NCBI GenBank assembly: GCA_025201805.1 | Contig: MU619314.1 | Span: 90,176-154,175, forward strand | Origin: Parasitella parasitica NRRL 2501 | Taxonomy: Eukaryota; Fungi; Mucoromycota | Direction: 5' to 3' | Length of the DNA: 64,000 bases | Part shown: in pieces, positions 12,601 to 25,629 of the stretch | How the letters are laid out: each line of letters opens with the position of its first letter | Position numbering within the stretch: the stretch's first letter is position 1 | The notes under the pieces: model-generated | Seen by the model: only the letters and a program-made list of their open reading frames with translations | The model's database searches: none | Told to the model about the DNA's origin: nothing | Program-made: the position numbers and the translations under genes

Positions 12601-14415
12601 TTCTGCTCTTCTATTGTGTGGAACAAGAGGGATAAAATCTACAACTGCTGATCCTGTCCAGAATGTTTCGGCGCTGCCCTCTTGGACCTCATCTGGCGGC
12701 ACAAATGCCATATCTGAAATTGAGCATGATTCGCTCGAGGCAGTGGCTTCCACCAAAAGTCCCTCGCCCTCGTGTAAATCAGAGCCCTTAACTCTTGACA
12801 AAGGCAAAGGGGTAGATGATCATGCAGAATCCAGCTCAGCAGCCAACATTCACTTTGCGCCACCAGGAGATTTGATGCTTGCATCTAAAGTAGAGCAGCT
12901 TTCAGCAGAGGCTGAAAAGCTGACAGCCCAAGAAGCTATTGTGGACGCATTGATAGCTAAGGCAGAAGCACAAAATAAGCTAGAGGAATTGCGTATTTTG
13001 AAAAAGTCAAAGACCATGTTTCGACAAGATTTACAACAAATCCAGTATCAAAAATCACAATATGAGCTACAGCAATCAGAGAATGTTTTAATGCCAGATA
13101 GATCTCAAGTGAACATTACCAGCGCCACTATCGGGTCTGATAAAAACGGCGAATTTGCTTTGTATGTAATAGAGATCCAGCAACAAGGAGCAGACGGTAA
13201 TTACGCTTCAGGATGGATTGTGGCTCGTCGGTATAGCGAGTTCTTTGCTCTACACCAAAAATTGAAAGAAAAACACCCTGCTGTGCGACAAATTGAATTT
13301 CCTGCAAAATGGCCCTTACTCAAATTGCAAAAATCATTCGTAGAAGCCCGTCGTATCAGTCTGGAACGATATTTGAGAAAACTAGTAGACGATAGAGATA
13401 TCTGCAACAGCCAAGAATTTCGATCATTTCTTTCGCAGCAAAATGTCTTTGTGCCTGGCCCTGATACGGAATGGCCGTTTGGGAATTTATTTGGGTCAAC
13501 TGCTTCCTTGTTGCAAACATCGTCTTCAAGTTCGTCTCTTCAATCATTGCTTTCACCTTCAGTTCAAAATCTGCAGAAATCAATTGCAGCAATGGATGAT
13601 ACACAGCAAAGGAGGGTTCCAAATAAGGGATTCATGCAGCATATTTACAAGACCGTGGCAGCAGGCATCGACGATATGTTGGTTGGGCCGTCTATGCTAG
13701 ATTTGATCACACAGCGTTTAGGAGAGCAAGTTATGGAGTTTGATCAAACAAACGCCAGCCAGCCAACCAGCTCTAACAGTTCCCGAAACAAGGTGGCAGA
13801 TTCTGTAGACATAAGCACTGTCAATGTCATCGAACCAGCAGCTGAACTACCGGATTCATTAAAAGCAGAAGGAATCACAAAGTTCACAGAGCCTCTTTGT
13901 GATCTATTTATCGAAATGTTTGAGCTCAAAGACAAGACAAACTGGCTAAGACGTCAAGCGGTGGTCATCATCCTACAGCAGATTTTAGAAGGCACAATTG
14001 AAAGAAAACTACGAGAACTGCTGAAATATCTAAGCTCATCCTCAATGATTGTATTCTATTTCAACAAAATCACCAATAGTTTATGGCCAAATGGAGATTC
14101 ATTGACGTTTAAAGAGGCAAGAAAGCCAGAAGACAAGGTTCAGACTCGAGAGGAAGCAAATAGAAAGCTGTCTACATGGTTACCAGGTATTGAGAATTAC
14201 AATACCAATACAGTTCTTGTAATAACGAAACCCCTTTAGATTTGCTCGGTAACATGGTTGGAAGGCAGAACGCTCGTAAAGGAGCCCGACGATTGTTTAC
14301 TGTACTTCAAAACAAAAGGCTGAATCAAGACCTGGTATATACCTTGTTGGATGAATTTATTTATGCTTTATTTCCTGAAATTACCGATATCAGATCCACT
14401 ACTGCCAATATTTAA
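9635..14415 (+). CDS. MDM1: PXA-RGS-PX-Nexin_C sorting nexin (Mdm1/SNX13/14/25 family), about 5 exons
   Basis: N-terminal TM segments; PXA (LLRYVIRDFIQSWY, REIVSNSVLQP); RGS-like (SYFMEFMDRR..LQFWL); PX (VARRYSEFFALHQKL); Nexin_C (NWLRRQAV, LQNKRLNQDLVYTLLDE). The last exon after intron ~14187-14239 ends in TAA at 14413-14415. Confidence 0.88.
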
Positions 14416-14589
14416 TAATACCGTACTTTTTGAATAAAATGAACACGCTTTTCCCACTTGTACAACAGTGAAGTTGGTGTACACGTACTGTATACGTATA
14501 GCTGCAGTTTTTCTAAGCCATGTGGGTGTCGTTATGTTTTGTCATCCCCAGAATCCCGCTTTATATTTTTCCCTATTTTTCTTTTAGTC

Positions 14590-15012
14590 ATGAGCAAAAG
14601 CTTGGCGAATGCAGACTTTGGAGGATTTGCTGTAGAACCTATTACCGATTGCCCTCATATACCAGCTTACAAAATCAATGAGAAAGAGCCTGATTTATAC
14701 CACAAGCCTTGCCAATCTTGTGGCCAAGCAAACGAAAACTGGCAATGTTTACATTGCAAAGCAGTTTATTGCTCCAGATACTGCCATGGACATATGAAAA
14801 AACATGTGGAGGATGTGCCAGAACATTCAGTTTGTATCAGCTATAGTGATCTATCAGTTTGGTGCTATATTTGCGATGGCTATATTACACACAAAGTAAG
14901 TTTGTTTTATTTATTGTAAATGTTCTACTATATAACAGCAAAGTATCAGGATTTAGAACCTGTTAAAAGAGTTTTGTATATATCGAAATTCGGAGAAGAG
15001 CCGTATCAATAA
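14590..15012 (+). CDS. Small stand-alone ZnF-UBP (BUZ) ubiquitin-binding protein resembling the HDAC6 C-terminal domain, 2 exons, about 122 aa
   Basis: FAVEPITDCPH, CQSC..ENWQCLHC..VYCSRY..GHMKKH, ISYSDLSVWCYICDGY; after intron 14896-14949 the frame continues DLEPVKRVLYISKFGE. Confidence 0.8.
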
Positions 15013-15046
15013 ATGAAAGGATGGAATATGGTACATGAAGTCAGGA

Positions 15047-15431
15047 TTATTGAATGTGTTGGACACGATAGTCTTTCGAGTAGTCTTGATAGGAAGGCGG
15101 TGGTGGGTCAACAGATGACTCGGGTGCTCTGTAGACATTTTGCGTAGTAGGTTGTGTTTGTGTTTGCAATGATGATGGTGGTGGCTGTGCATAAGTAGCA
15201 GGATATGTTGGTTGCTCTGGTCGTCTACCATTCATATCTACTACGACAAATTGTGAAGAATGGCCAGGTAGTGCTATGTAGTAATGGTTATTAGAATAAA
15301 TTGAAGCAAAAGAGGATTAGTAATTTACCTCGTCGACTTCTAATTGCACGCTGTCTTCTGAAAAGCAGAAATAAGGAGGCAAACAGTAATATAAGACAGA
15401 TAATCCAGATGACGTTATAATACACAAACAT
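15047..15431 (-). CDS. Small single-pass membrane protein with a C-terminal PPxY (PPSY) motif; Rcr1/WBP1-like Nedd4/Rsp5 adaptor candidate, 2 exons
   Basis: Spliced translation MFVYYNVIWIICLILLFASLFLLFRRQRAIRSRR|ALPGHSSQFVVVDMNG...DPPPPSYQDY: hydrophobic helix, basic stop-transfer segment, Pro-rich tail. Confidence 0.6.
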
Positions 15432-15688
15432 GTTGAAAAAGGATAAAAGAGAGAGAAAAGGAAGATAATTTACTTGGCATGAATCCTAAATCTCGATTAT
15501 TTTTATATGCTTACACCAAATGCTAAGCTTCTTTATGATTGGCCAAGGAACCATACTGTATAGATAATCGGGAAAGAAGAAACTACGAAATATAGAAAGT
15601 TGCACAAACGAGTAGGTCATATGGAAATGAATGGAAACCATAAAGTAAATTACATATATCACACTATGTGTGGATATAATTTGAGCCA

Positions 15689-16675
15689 TTATGCCACTTT
15701 TTTTATATCTTCTTGAGTCGGATGTTTGTGCTCTTCTTTGTTGAGCAGCTTCACATCCTTTAACTTTCTGCCAGGAATAGTATTAACAAATGCTTGTTGC
15801 CAATCTTCTAATTCTAGCCATTTCAACATGATTTCACACACTAGAAAAAAATACTATTAATCTATACAGCCCATGACAAAGTGATTGATCTACCCACCTT
15901 GATTTACTGTTAGTACTTTTCTACTTGACATTTGAAGATAGTTGCCAATAGGCAAACGAGCGGTTTGAATACACTGCTTGGAAGCTTTATCTTGACACAA
16001 GTTCTTGTACCTGTTTTTGTCTACAATGCCACCAATAATGTAATTTTTTCCTTCCTCTAATTTTTCAATGACATTATCTGAATCCGCAGATAAATATACT
16101 AAACTATCTTTATCGAAGATATCCATATAAGATTCTGAATTAATCGACACTTTATCTTCCTTCCATTGATGCCAAGTGGGAAGCTTCTCGTCTAAAATAT
16201 CCTTGAGTGTGTCGTCAATTGAAGTCAGTGTCAGTTTCATCGCCTTTGGCGCAACTTTGTTTTTTCCGTAGGTATATCCGAGCTGTTTGACATATGATAA
16301 ATGTTCCTACTTGACGTATTAAATCACCCAAGAATAAACGCCTCATCAACTTTTTACTTTTTCAGTCATGAGATCACTGAATCCACAATCGACAATGAGA
16401 CCGACATTGGTAAGTTGGCTCAGGAAAGCCAACTTCTTTTTTGTTAGGGGTCGTTCAATGACACCCTCTCTCATTTGCTTGCGCTTCTCTAATCGCCTCA
16501 CTCGAACCTTTTCTCGAAGCTTTGACTTTCTTTCCTCTTTATTGGCGTCCCATTGCTCATCCCTCAGAAGTCGTTTGATTGCTCGCTTTGATAATCCTTC
16601 GAACTTGGGATCCTTAATGTCATACTCTATACCTTGAAAGTTTCTTATGGTTGGCTTGATTGGATTCGGATCCAT
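15689..16675 (-). CDS. TRM10: tRNA (guanine-N1/m1G9) methyltransferase, 3 exons
   Basis: LSKRAIKRLLR..W, IVDCGFSDLMTEKE, LVYLSADSDN, YIIGGIVDKNRYK, TARLPIGNY...RKVLTVNQV, W..AF..TIPGRK. Confidence 0.92.
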
Positions 16676-17926
16676 TTGGTTCGAATGGAAATACAAATTT
16701 TTTTTCGTTGGTGAAAGCTTTTAAAGGAAAAAACGTGCTTCGGTCAATCAATTCATGGTAGTTGTCAAATCTGCTAAAAACCTATCACGAGTATCGCGAC
16801 CTGGGAACAAGTCTAGGGCAAACATCATTGATGCACCATAAAGCGCTATAAATAGTGCTAACTACTATAAAATGAAAGATCCAAGCACAATTGCCATCAT
16901 AAAGTTTTGTCTTTCTAGTCTACGTCAAATCTCATCATGCCCGAAAAAGCGTTATTCAGGCCTGGATCAAAAAACATCTTCAGCCATGTTAAATAGCAAT
17001 GAACACTAACCTACTTTTACTCAGTGGCTATTAACAGTTAGCAGTAAGGAAAAAGATGGAGTATACTATGTCAATATGCACTGCTAATATGTAAAACATC
17101 ATCAAAAGAACATCTTTCAAAAGGAGAACGCTTCCTTGCCTGCTCATCTTTAGGAGTAATAGTTTTGATAAAATGATGTGTATGTATATAATTAAATGTC
17201 TAGCATAGTATCCTCTCAAAGATTTGCTGATTTCATAATGGTTGATTTTATGGTCTGATGCATTTTATGGAACTTGCATTTTAGGGTTAAATACGCTCAA
17301 AAGATTACTTTACCTCGATTATCAATCATTCCATGGCTTGAAGAAGTCGTAATATTTCTCTTTCTGAGAATGGCATAAAGATTTGTAATCTGATTCTTAT
17401 TAGACGAAGAGATAAATAATAGGCCATGTCCATTGCTTTCAATAAGTTGGAACCGTCAAGCATTACTCTATTACACGCTTATTATACAATCACAATGAAA
17501 CATTGTATAATAATGCTGATTATTACCTGAAAAATTTCAAAAAAGTATTAAGCCTTGAAGTTATTGTGTGTTCGTTAAGCTTATTTAAGGGATTTTATTG
17601 ATAAAATTTATCAAACAAGCCTTACTGCTAAACACATGGAAGATACAGTATTGTCCAAGAGTTAGATTCCTCTAGCTTTACTTAATTCAACGAAAAGGTA
17701 CCCGGCTTTGATGAACTTTATCAGCAAGCCAAAAATAATCTGATGAGAAAGATTATGATTTCTAGTATTTTCTGATCTGTACGTTTTCTATAAAGCACAA
17801 TAACATTTCCAGTAAGCAACATCAGGACCCAACGGGTTATGCCTTTGTGACTGGGCTGGGTGGAGGAATTTCATCATGAACTTGTTTGACACGTTGGAAA
17901 AGCCATCCTTAATTCTTGCGCAAACC

Positions 17927-19381
17927 ATGTCAACTGAAATATCCAAAGGTATAGTGAGTGATAGTTAATAAGGGATCACACAGCAACTTTATTAACTTAA
18001 AGGAATAAACCACCAGACGAAGCAGCTATATATGACCGTCAAATCAGACTCTGGGGTCTTGACGCGCAACAAAGGTGAACACGCTTCAAGAATGTGAATG
18101 AGAAATAAAATTAAACCAAATGCGCAAAACTTCCTATTAGGATTGGTAAAGCTAGTATCCTCATTGCTGGAATGCGTGCACTAAGTGATGAGGTTTGTAA
18201 GAACATCGCTTTAGCTGGTGTTGCTAGCATTACCCTACTTGACCATGGGACAGTAACCGAATTTGACTTGGGGGCTCAATTTTTCTTGACAGAAGATAGC
18301 ATTGGTCAAAATGTAACACTATTTGTTTGCTACTTATAATATAGGGTTTTAAACTGTATGATAGAAAGCAGAGGCAGCAGCAGCAAGCATTAGAAACCTA
18401 AATCCTCGAGTCCAGGTCATTGTAGATCAACAAGACATCAAAGAAAAACCAGCCGAATACTTTGAAACATTTTCAGCAGTATGCTTGATCCATTCTGAGT
18501 ACGACATAATTGTAAGTTTATATGTTGGTATTGGGTGGACCTGTTCCTAATTTTATTGTACAAGTCAAAAATAGATGAAATTAGAAGAACTGTCAAAAAG
18601 CCGTTCTATGCGGCGGATGTTTTTGGATGGGTTGGCTACATATTTTGTGATTTGACTGAACACGCCTACATACAGTAAAGTAGAATAGAGCTGCAGCCGA
18701 ATCCAAGCTTATGTTTTATTTTCTGGTAGAGAGAAAAAAGCAAATATCCCTCCTGCTTCAAGAAATCAACCGAAAGACGAAAAAATTTCGCATGTCGAAG
18801 CTTATTCTAGTTTAAATGACTCGTTACAAAAGAATTGGTCTGATACGAAACCAAGGGTACTAAAAAAGAGAATTTCTCCAATTGCTTTCCTTATTCATAG
18901 TGAGTTCTCGATACGTGTGGTTTTGGAATGTAATTATACTGAATTTACATGTCTAGTTTTGCTCAAATTCCAACGAGACCACCACCGATCACCAACCCAA
19001 GAGGATGCTCGATCATTAATAGATAACAAAGCTCAGTTTTTAGCTGATATGGGAATCGAAGATGCGACTGTCCTTGATGACACTTTACTCAAGTAATGTG
19101 TATTTACATTAAAGTGTGGATAATGATACAGGTTACTGACGTTGTTCATAGTGATCTTGCTTTCCTTATGGACACTGAAATCTCACCTGTTGCGGCTATT
19201 GTTGGAGGTATTTTGGCACAAGATATCCTGAGAACACTTTCTGCTAATGAATTACCTATTCAAAACTGGTTTTATTACAATGGAGTTGATGGTAAGCGAT
19301 GTACATGATTGTTTCAAGACAAAAAAAAAACTCATTGTTTTCATTAAAAAAAAAGGCACAGGGTTGGTACACAGGATATAA
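17927..19381 (+). CDS. AOS1: SUMO-activating enzyme subunit 1 (AOS1/SAE1), multi-exon
   Basis: DEAAIYDRQIRLWGLDAQQR, EVCKNIALAGVASITLLD, DLGAQFF, LNPRVQV, GWVGYIFCDL, SPVAAIVGGILAQDIL, NWFYYNG. About 9 short GT-AG introns. Confidence 0.9.
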
Positions 19382-20609
19382 AAAAAAAAGAAGTGTGAAA
19401 TGTAAATAAATGTGCTCATTCTTCAGATCCACGAGAGTATTTATATATTGTGTCTGAATCTGATCTCAAGATGTGTAACATCAATGCATTTTAGAGGTGC
19501 AAATAACCCATGACTCAATGTTATTGTACATGAATCTCTAGATGTCAAACATCTGCATCCCTTTGTTGTATGTTCCAAGCTTAAATGATCCGTGAATTCG
19601 TATTCCATTTCATTTTTTGATATATATGCCTGCCAGAATTTTTAGATACTAGTAATTCTTTGGTTTAGCATGTAGTTTTAAGGCGAAAAAAAAAAACCAG
19701 TAACGTTTTAAGCGATTGCACTACAGAGTGCTCTATAATTTTGTAAAAAAAATCACCTAACCTGAGAAGTAATGACTTGAATGAAGGGAAAACTAGACTA
19801 TCTGAGATAATCAGCTCATAAAAACCAACACTACTATGGTTAGTTGGAGTTTATGCCGCTAGTATAGCTTGTCTTTGTCAACAACCGACAAAAACTAGCT
19901 TTAGGATTTCAACAAAGAGCCAGTGAAAGCATATGCAACAAGTGTACTTTCTTCATTTATAATTCATTAGAGCTAAATTGATCTCGAGATCTCAACGTGC
20001 AAGTAGTATAAGAAAACTGGTCTACCAATTACCTTACATTACCTGTTGGATGGATTGATTAACAACCGAGTCTTTGTTAGATTCAAGCTTCTACCGAAAC
20101 CTATAAGGTTATAACTATATGCGATTCCTCTGGCAAACAAAATTAATCTTCGAGCAGTTTATGTCTCTCGTTGTATAATGTATAATAATATTAATTTTAG
20201 CTCAACCGAAACAAAGGGACATCCTATTTTAGTAATTTCACGTTTATTAAACAGAAACACCTCAAAACAAATGCCAAGTATGAGAGCAAGCGCAGCGTAT
20301 CGATTGAATATATCCAGGTCATATTACATTAGTTCATTCTTATCTGTAATTTTCCTCGTCTTCGCATCTCAGGTTGCAGCTATGGAAGAAAACCCTGTCA
20401 GGTCCCAACGAGACAATCATTCTTCCTAGTTTGATATAACAATAAAGAATTGAATGTAGAAACAAGGGGACTTTTTTACAATTCAGGGGATATTGCATAT
20501 GTTAAAAATAACATGAATCTCGACTTTCTTTCTTCTTTTTCCAATCATTTAGGATCAAGTTTAGGTTCACAAACAGAAATACATTTGAAACCCTCTTTTT
20601 TTTTTTTTT

Positions 20610-20779
20610 NNNNNNNNNNNNNNNNNNNNNNNNNNNNNNNNNNNNNNNNNNNNNNNNNNNNNNNNNNNNNNNNNNNNNNNNNNNNNNNNNNNNNNNNNNN
20701 NNNNNNNNNNNNNNNNNNNNNNNNNNNNNNNNNNNNNNNNNNNNNNNNNNNNNNNNNNNNNNNNNNNNNNNNNNNNNNN
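20610..20779. other. Assembly gap (170 N) flanked by poly-T
   Basis: Run of N between two T homopolymers. Confidence 0.99.
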
Positions 20780-20958
20780 TTTTTTTAATAAATTTACATT
20801 GAACTCTTTTCTTCTTCTTTTATTTTTTCTTCTTTCTCTCCTTGTTTTCTTACAAGAAAAAAAAAATACGCTCGTTTTTACACTATAAGCTTATCTGATA
20901 TTACATATTTACAAACATTAAATCAATAGAGAAAACCGAGGAAAACCATTGTAGAATA

Positions 20959-22461
20959 ATGAAATCAACACTCTTTTGTTTCGCAGCAATTGCACAAATC
21001 ACTTTATCGTCTGTTTCAGCAGAGTCAATTCAGAGGATCCCTCTATATTATCAAAAGAGAACGTCTAACTCAGACTTTATTTCTGCTGGTGCCATTGATC
21101 TTAAAAATGGCATGCTGGGTGGTGTCGTACAAATCGGCAATCCACCTCAAAACGTTACCATGGCATTTGATACCTCAACTGGGTTTTCTTGGGTTCGTGA
21201 TACACAATGCTGTAGCGAAAATTGCCAAGGTCGTAATGCATTTGAACCGAAAAACTCTACCACACTTGTTTCTACTAATCAAACTTTTACTATGGACTAC
21301 GGTAAAGGTATTGTTCGTACAAACATCTACACTGATTCCTTCAGTTTCGCCGGCATAACTGTCAAAAGCATGCCTTTTGGTGGTGCTTATGAGATGGAGG
21401 GTTTCAATCAAGGCTTCGATGGTTATCTTGGCCTTGGTCGAGATATCAATCTCAATAATTCTTCAACAAATATCACAAAACGTGATGTTCCCTCGTCTGG
21501 CTTTGTCCCCAATGCTTTCCAACAGAGTTCAGGCTTATCCAGTGCTCAGTTCGGTATGTACACTACTTCATCTGGCAATGGCTTCTCTGATACTGGTTTC
21601 TCTCAAAATGGTACTACTGTTGTTTCAAATGTTGGCAGTTCCAGCTCTGTTGCACCTGGTGGCTATGGTATTGTCAAACGCTCATCATCGAACGATGAAC
21701 CAGCTGGTTACCTCGTTATTGGTAAGTCGATTTACTCTCTCCCCCCCCCCGTCCTCCTCCCCTTTTTTTTATGCTTTCATTATCACCTCTCCCTTATTCT
21801 ATATCGATATTTTTAGATGCTGTTCAGTAATACTAACTTTTTTACATATTTTAATCATTCGTTTTACAGGTGGTATTGACACAGATGCTATTAAGGGTGA
21901 TTTGTATTACATTGACGTACGTAATGATGATAACGAGTCTGGAAACTGGGCTGTTTCTATCGATTCCGCTAAGTTTGAAGACGATCTTGAATTCACCATT
22001 AGTAAAGGTGCAAAGGCTGTGCTCAGTTCATCCACTGATGTTATCGGCTTGCCTAATACTCAAGGTAATGGCTGTTTTACTTCTAAAACCTTAAAAACGT
22101 CTAATGTTCATCTTTTATAGCTGATGAATTCCAAAAACGTTGGTACGCTGAATACGATGAAAACGATAATACCTTCATGATTCCCTGTTGTTTAATGGAC
22201 AATCTTACCCCATTCAAGATCAAACTTGGTTCTATTAAGGCGACTATCCCCCCTCATTACTGGAGCCATCCTCGTAAAGTTACTTCCTGCTGTGAAATGT
22301 GTCGTACGCATATCGGTAAAAGCGAATCTGACACCGATTACATTATTGGCTCTGCTTTCACCAACTCTTTCTATACACAATATAACATTGCTGAAAACAC
22401 AATTACTTTAGCCATGAAGAAAAATCACGTCAACGATGGCCTTGAACTCACCCAAGATTAG
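20959..22461 (+). CDS. Secreted pepsin-family (A1) aspartic protease homologue with degenerate catalytic motifs, 3 exons
   Basis: Signal peptide; VQIGNPPQNVTMAFDTST..SWV; YGKG flap; FDGYLGLG; GYLVIGG.D; YIIGSAFTNSFYTQYN. Introns at 21722-21869 and 22065-22120. Confidence 0.85.
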
Positions 22462-24155
22462 ATGATCTCGAACAAACGAATTTCTTTATATATATCCTAT
22501 ACACTAGTCTCTTTTTTTTCTTAAAATATATGATCGTTTCTTTGATTTTTCTTTGCAAAAGACACTTTATTTTTATTTTTTTAATGTTCAGTCTATCAAG
22601 ACCCTTTTTTTTTTATGGTGTATTACAGAACCAGTGTCAATCAACCCATTATACGGTATATGAATTGATGAAAAGTTGCCTTTTTCAGACTAACATTTCC
22701 TCTATGAACTTTATTGTGTCAAAAGAGGTCAGTTGTTTAAATTGATTTGTTGCTTGCTATGTTATAGCACCAAAAGTCTTTTTTTTTCTGTTCTCGGAAA
22801 CTTCAGTTCTCTGTACCAAATGCTAAATAGTCTCAAATTGTCAACTTTAAAAGCTATTTTGACCTCAAAGTTACTCCTAGCTACTTTGTTTGTGATATAT
22901 TTACATTTGATGAACTAATCATATTTTTTGTTGATTAAGAAAATGAAGTGAATTTTCGGACCGCTTTCGATGAGCTGCATCATTTTCCGATCAAAATTAT
23001 GCTTTTTTTTCAGATTTTGAATGGCTTTAACCTTTTATCAAAGACTAAAAAATAATCATATATACGTTTTTGCTTCCTCTATTGAATGGTATAGATAACA
23101 AAAACATTAATTTATGAAAAATATGAGATAAAACTCTGTAACTAATAAAAGTTTTTTCCTGTAAAAATCAAAATTTTTATATCAGGTTTTTAAAATTAAG
23201 CGTTGGATATGATTAAAAAACATTTTATCTTTATTTTTTATTACAATAGTTGTGTGTTTTAAAGCACCTTTTAGGACGAAAAGACAAAAAATCAATATTT
23301 TTCAATTTTGGACGAGGGTATACAAGGATTAAAAGCGTTTGGAAAATTCTCTGAGTTTTAAGATTTTTATGCTTGAATCAGGGTGGTGATAGACATATTA
23401 TCAGTCTACCAATATGGAAGCTGTTGAGGGCGTATTTCTAAGAGCATTTTGCGCATACTTTCTATAGATTTTTGGATAATTTGTTACAGTTGGCAGCAGG
23501 TAACAGCTTTCCAGAAACTGATTCTAACCTTTCAAATCAGCTGGGAATATAGCGAAATATAAACATTTAAGACTAGAAATGAACATTCTGATAGTCATTG
23601 ACAATTTGCGAAGCTCGAAAGCAATATATAGGCAGTCTTATGGGGTTCGAACATAATGAAAAAGCAGGGTGTGTGCCAAAATATATGGAATACGATACAT
23701 ACGCTTGAAACACCTACATTAGGAAATCAATGCCAACATATATTTCTTACAAACTTGGTAATGCAGCTACGTCAATATCATGCAAAAACTCATGATATTC
23801 ACAAACCATACTATTGCAATGATGGCACAAGCTCATGGTAGGGCTCCTTGGTTAATTCAAGCTGTTGTGGTTGAGTATTTCTAAAGGCATTGTTATTACT
23901 GAGGAACAAAAACAACTAGTTATAACTTTATTGATAAAAACTTCTGTCACTAGTAAATGATTGATGGTTCGATTAGTTAGCTCCCAATATAGCTCAACAT
24001 CTATGTGTTCGATTTGACATTTGGTTAAACATGCAAGTTTTTGACGTCACTTGGCAGTTGCGGTTATTCAAAGGCATCATTGTTGTACGCGTTATCTAAC
24101 TTGCTTGTTTTCTTTTTTCTCAGGTCTATTCAATTCGATAAAGCAAATTATAAAC

Positions 24156-24783
<628 letters not shown>

Positions 24784-24856
24784 ATTATATACCCCATTGT
24801 AACACTTTATAATCAAGACAACCAAACCGAATAAACTTTTTTTCTCTTTCTTCCCT

Positions 24857-25529
24857 TTATTTAAACATTCGAAGATAGGCGAGGAACAAGGCACCAGCAC
24901 CAGTCATTGTACCCATCATATATTGCATAATCTGGAATTTGATGGCTTCCATTTGAGTTCGTAGGCCAGATATTTCGCTTTCAATTCGAGTGTCTGTTTC
25001 TTTGATTTTGATTTCTTGCTCGCTTGCTTCATCTCGCACCCTTCCCTTCTCCAAGTTCAAATCTAACCGCACGCTCGCTTTGGTTCTAGTTATTTCTTCT
25101 CGTAATTTTTGCTTTAATTTCTCTAATTCACTTTCTAATCTATCGTTTTCTGTCTTCATCATGGTGAAATCGTTACGCTCAATCAGCTGTACCTCAGACT
25201 TGAGCTTTGCAAAATCAACTTTATATGCATAAATAGCCTTTATATTTGCTCAGTTTTTGCGGTACACATATAGAGATGTGTTTTACGAAATCTAAACATA
25301 CCTTTTCTCGTTCTGCCCTGGGGACCATCATTTTATTCAAATCAGCCATGCTTTCTGATATGACTCTTTGCAGTGAGCTCATGATAGCCTCGCTTTGCTG
25401 CCGTGAAAATCCTTCTTTTTCTAATCGCTCGACAAATTTAAACGTATCAAAATAGTTTTGTCTTGTGAATGTACTTGTGTGGAACTTGCTAGAAGCCAAT
25501 TTTAATGAGCTAGTTAACCGAAACGCCAT
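24857..25529 (-). CDS. FMP32: Mitochondrial DUF1640 coiled-coil protein (Fmp32/CCDC90/MCUR1 family), 2 exons
   Basis: Transit-peptide-like N-terminus; FDTFKFVERLEKEGFSRQQSEAIM; ASVRLDLNLEKGRVR; C-terminal TM QYMMGTMTGAGALFLAYLRM. Confidence 0.88.
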
Positions 25530-25629
25530 GTCAGATGTATATATATAGGAAAAGAAGAGGAAAACAAGTTCAAAAAAAAAGGGGGGGGGTAAAGTGGAGA
25601 TACTATTAATCAAGCAATACACGTGAGGG

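Noticed and set aside
2592-13935. Numerous 60-150 aa antisense or alternate-frame ORFs overlapping NR, NiR and MDM1
   Set aside because: Shadow ORFs of real coding sequence with no independent motifs.
17700-17775. TGATGA...CTGA resembling a box C/D snoRNA upstream of AOS1
   Set aside because: No terminal stem and no recognisable rRNA-complementary guide; the C-like box sits within a local hairpin in AT-rich DNA.
20450-20788. 112-aa ORF in the ORF track
   Set aside because: Artefact of reading through the N gap.
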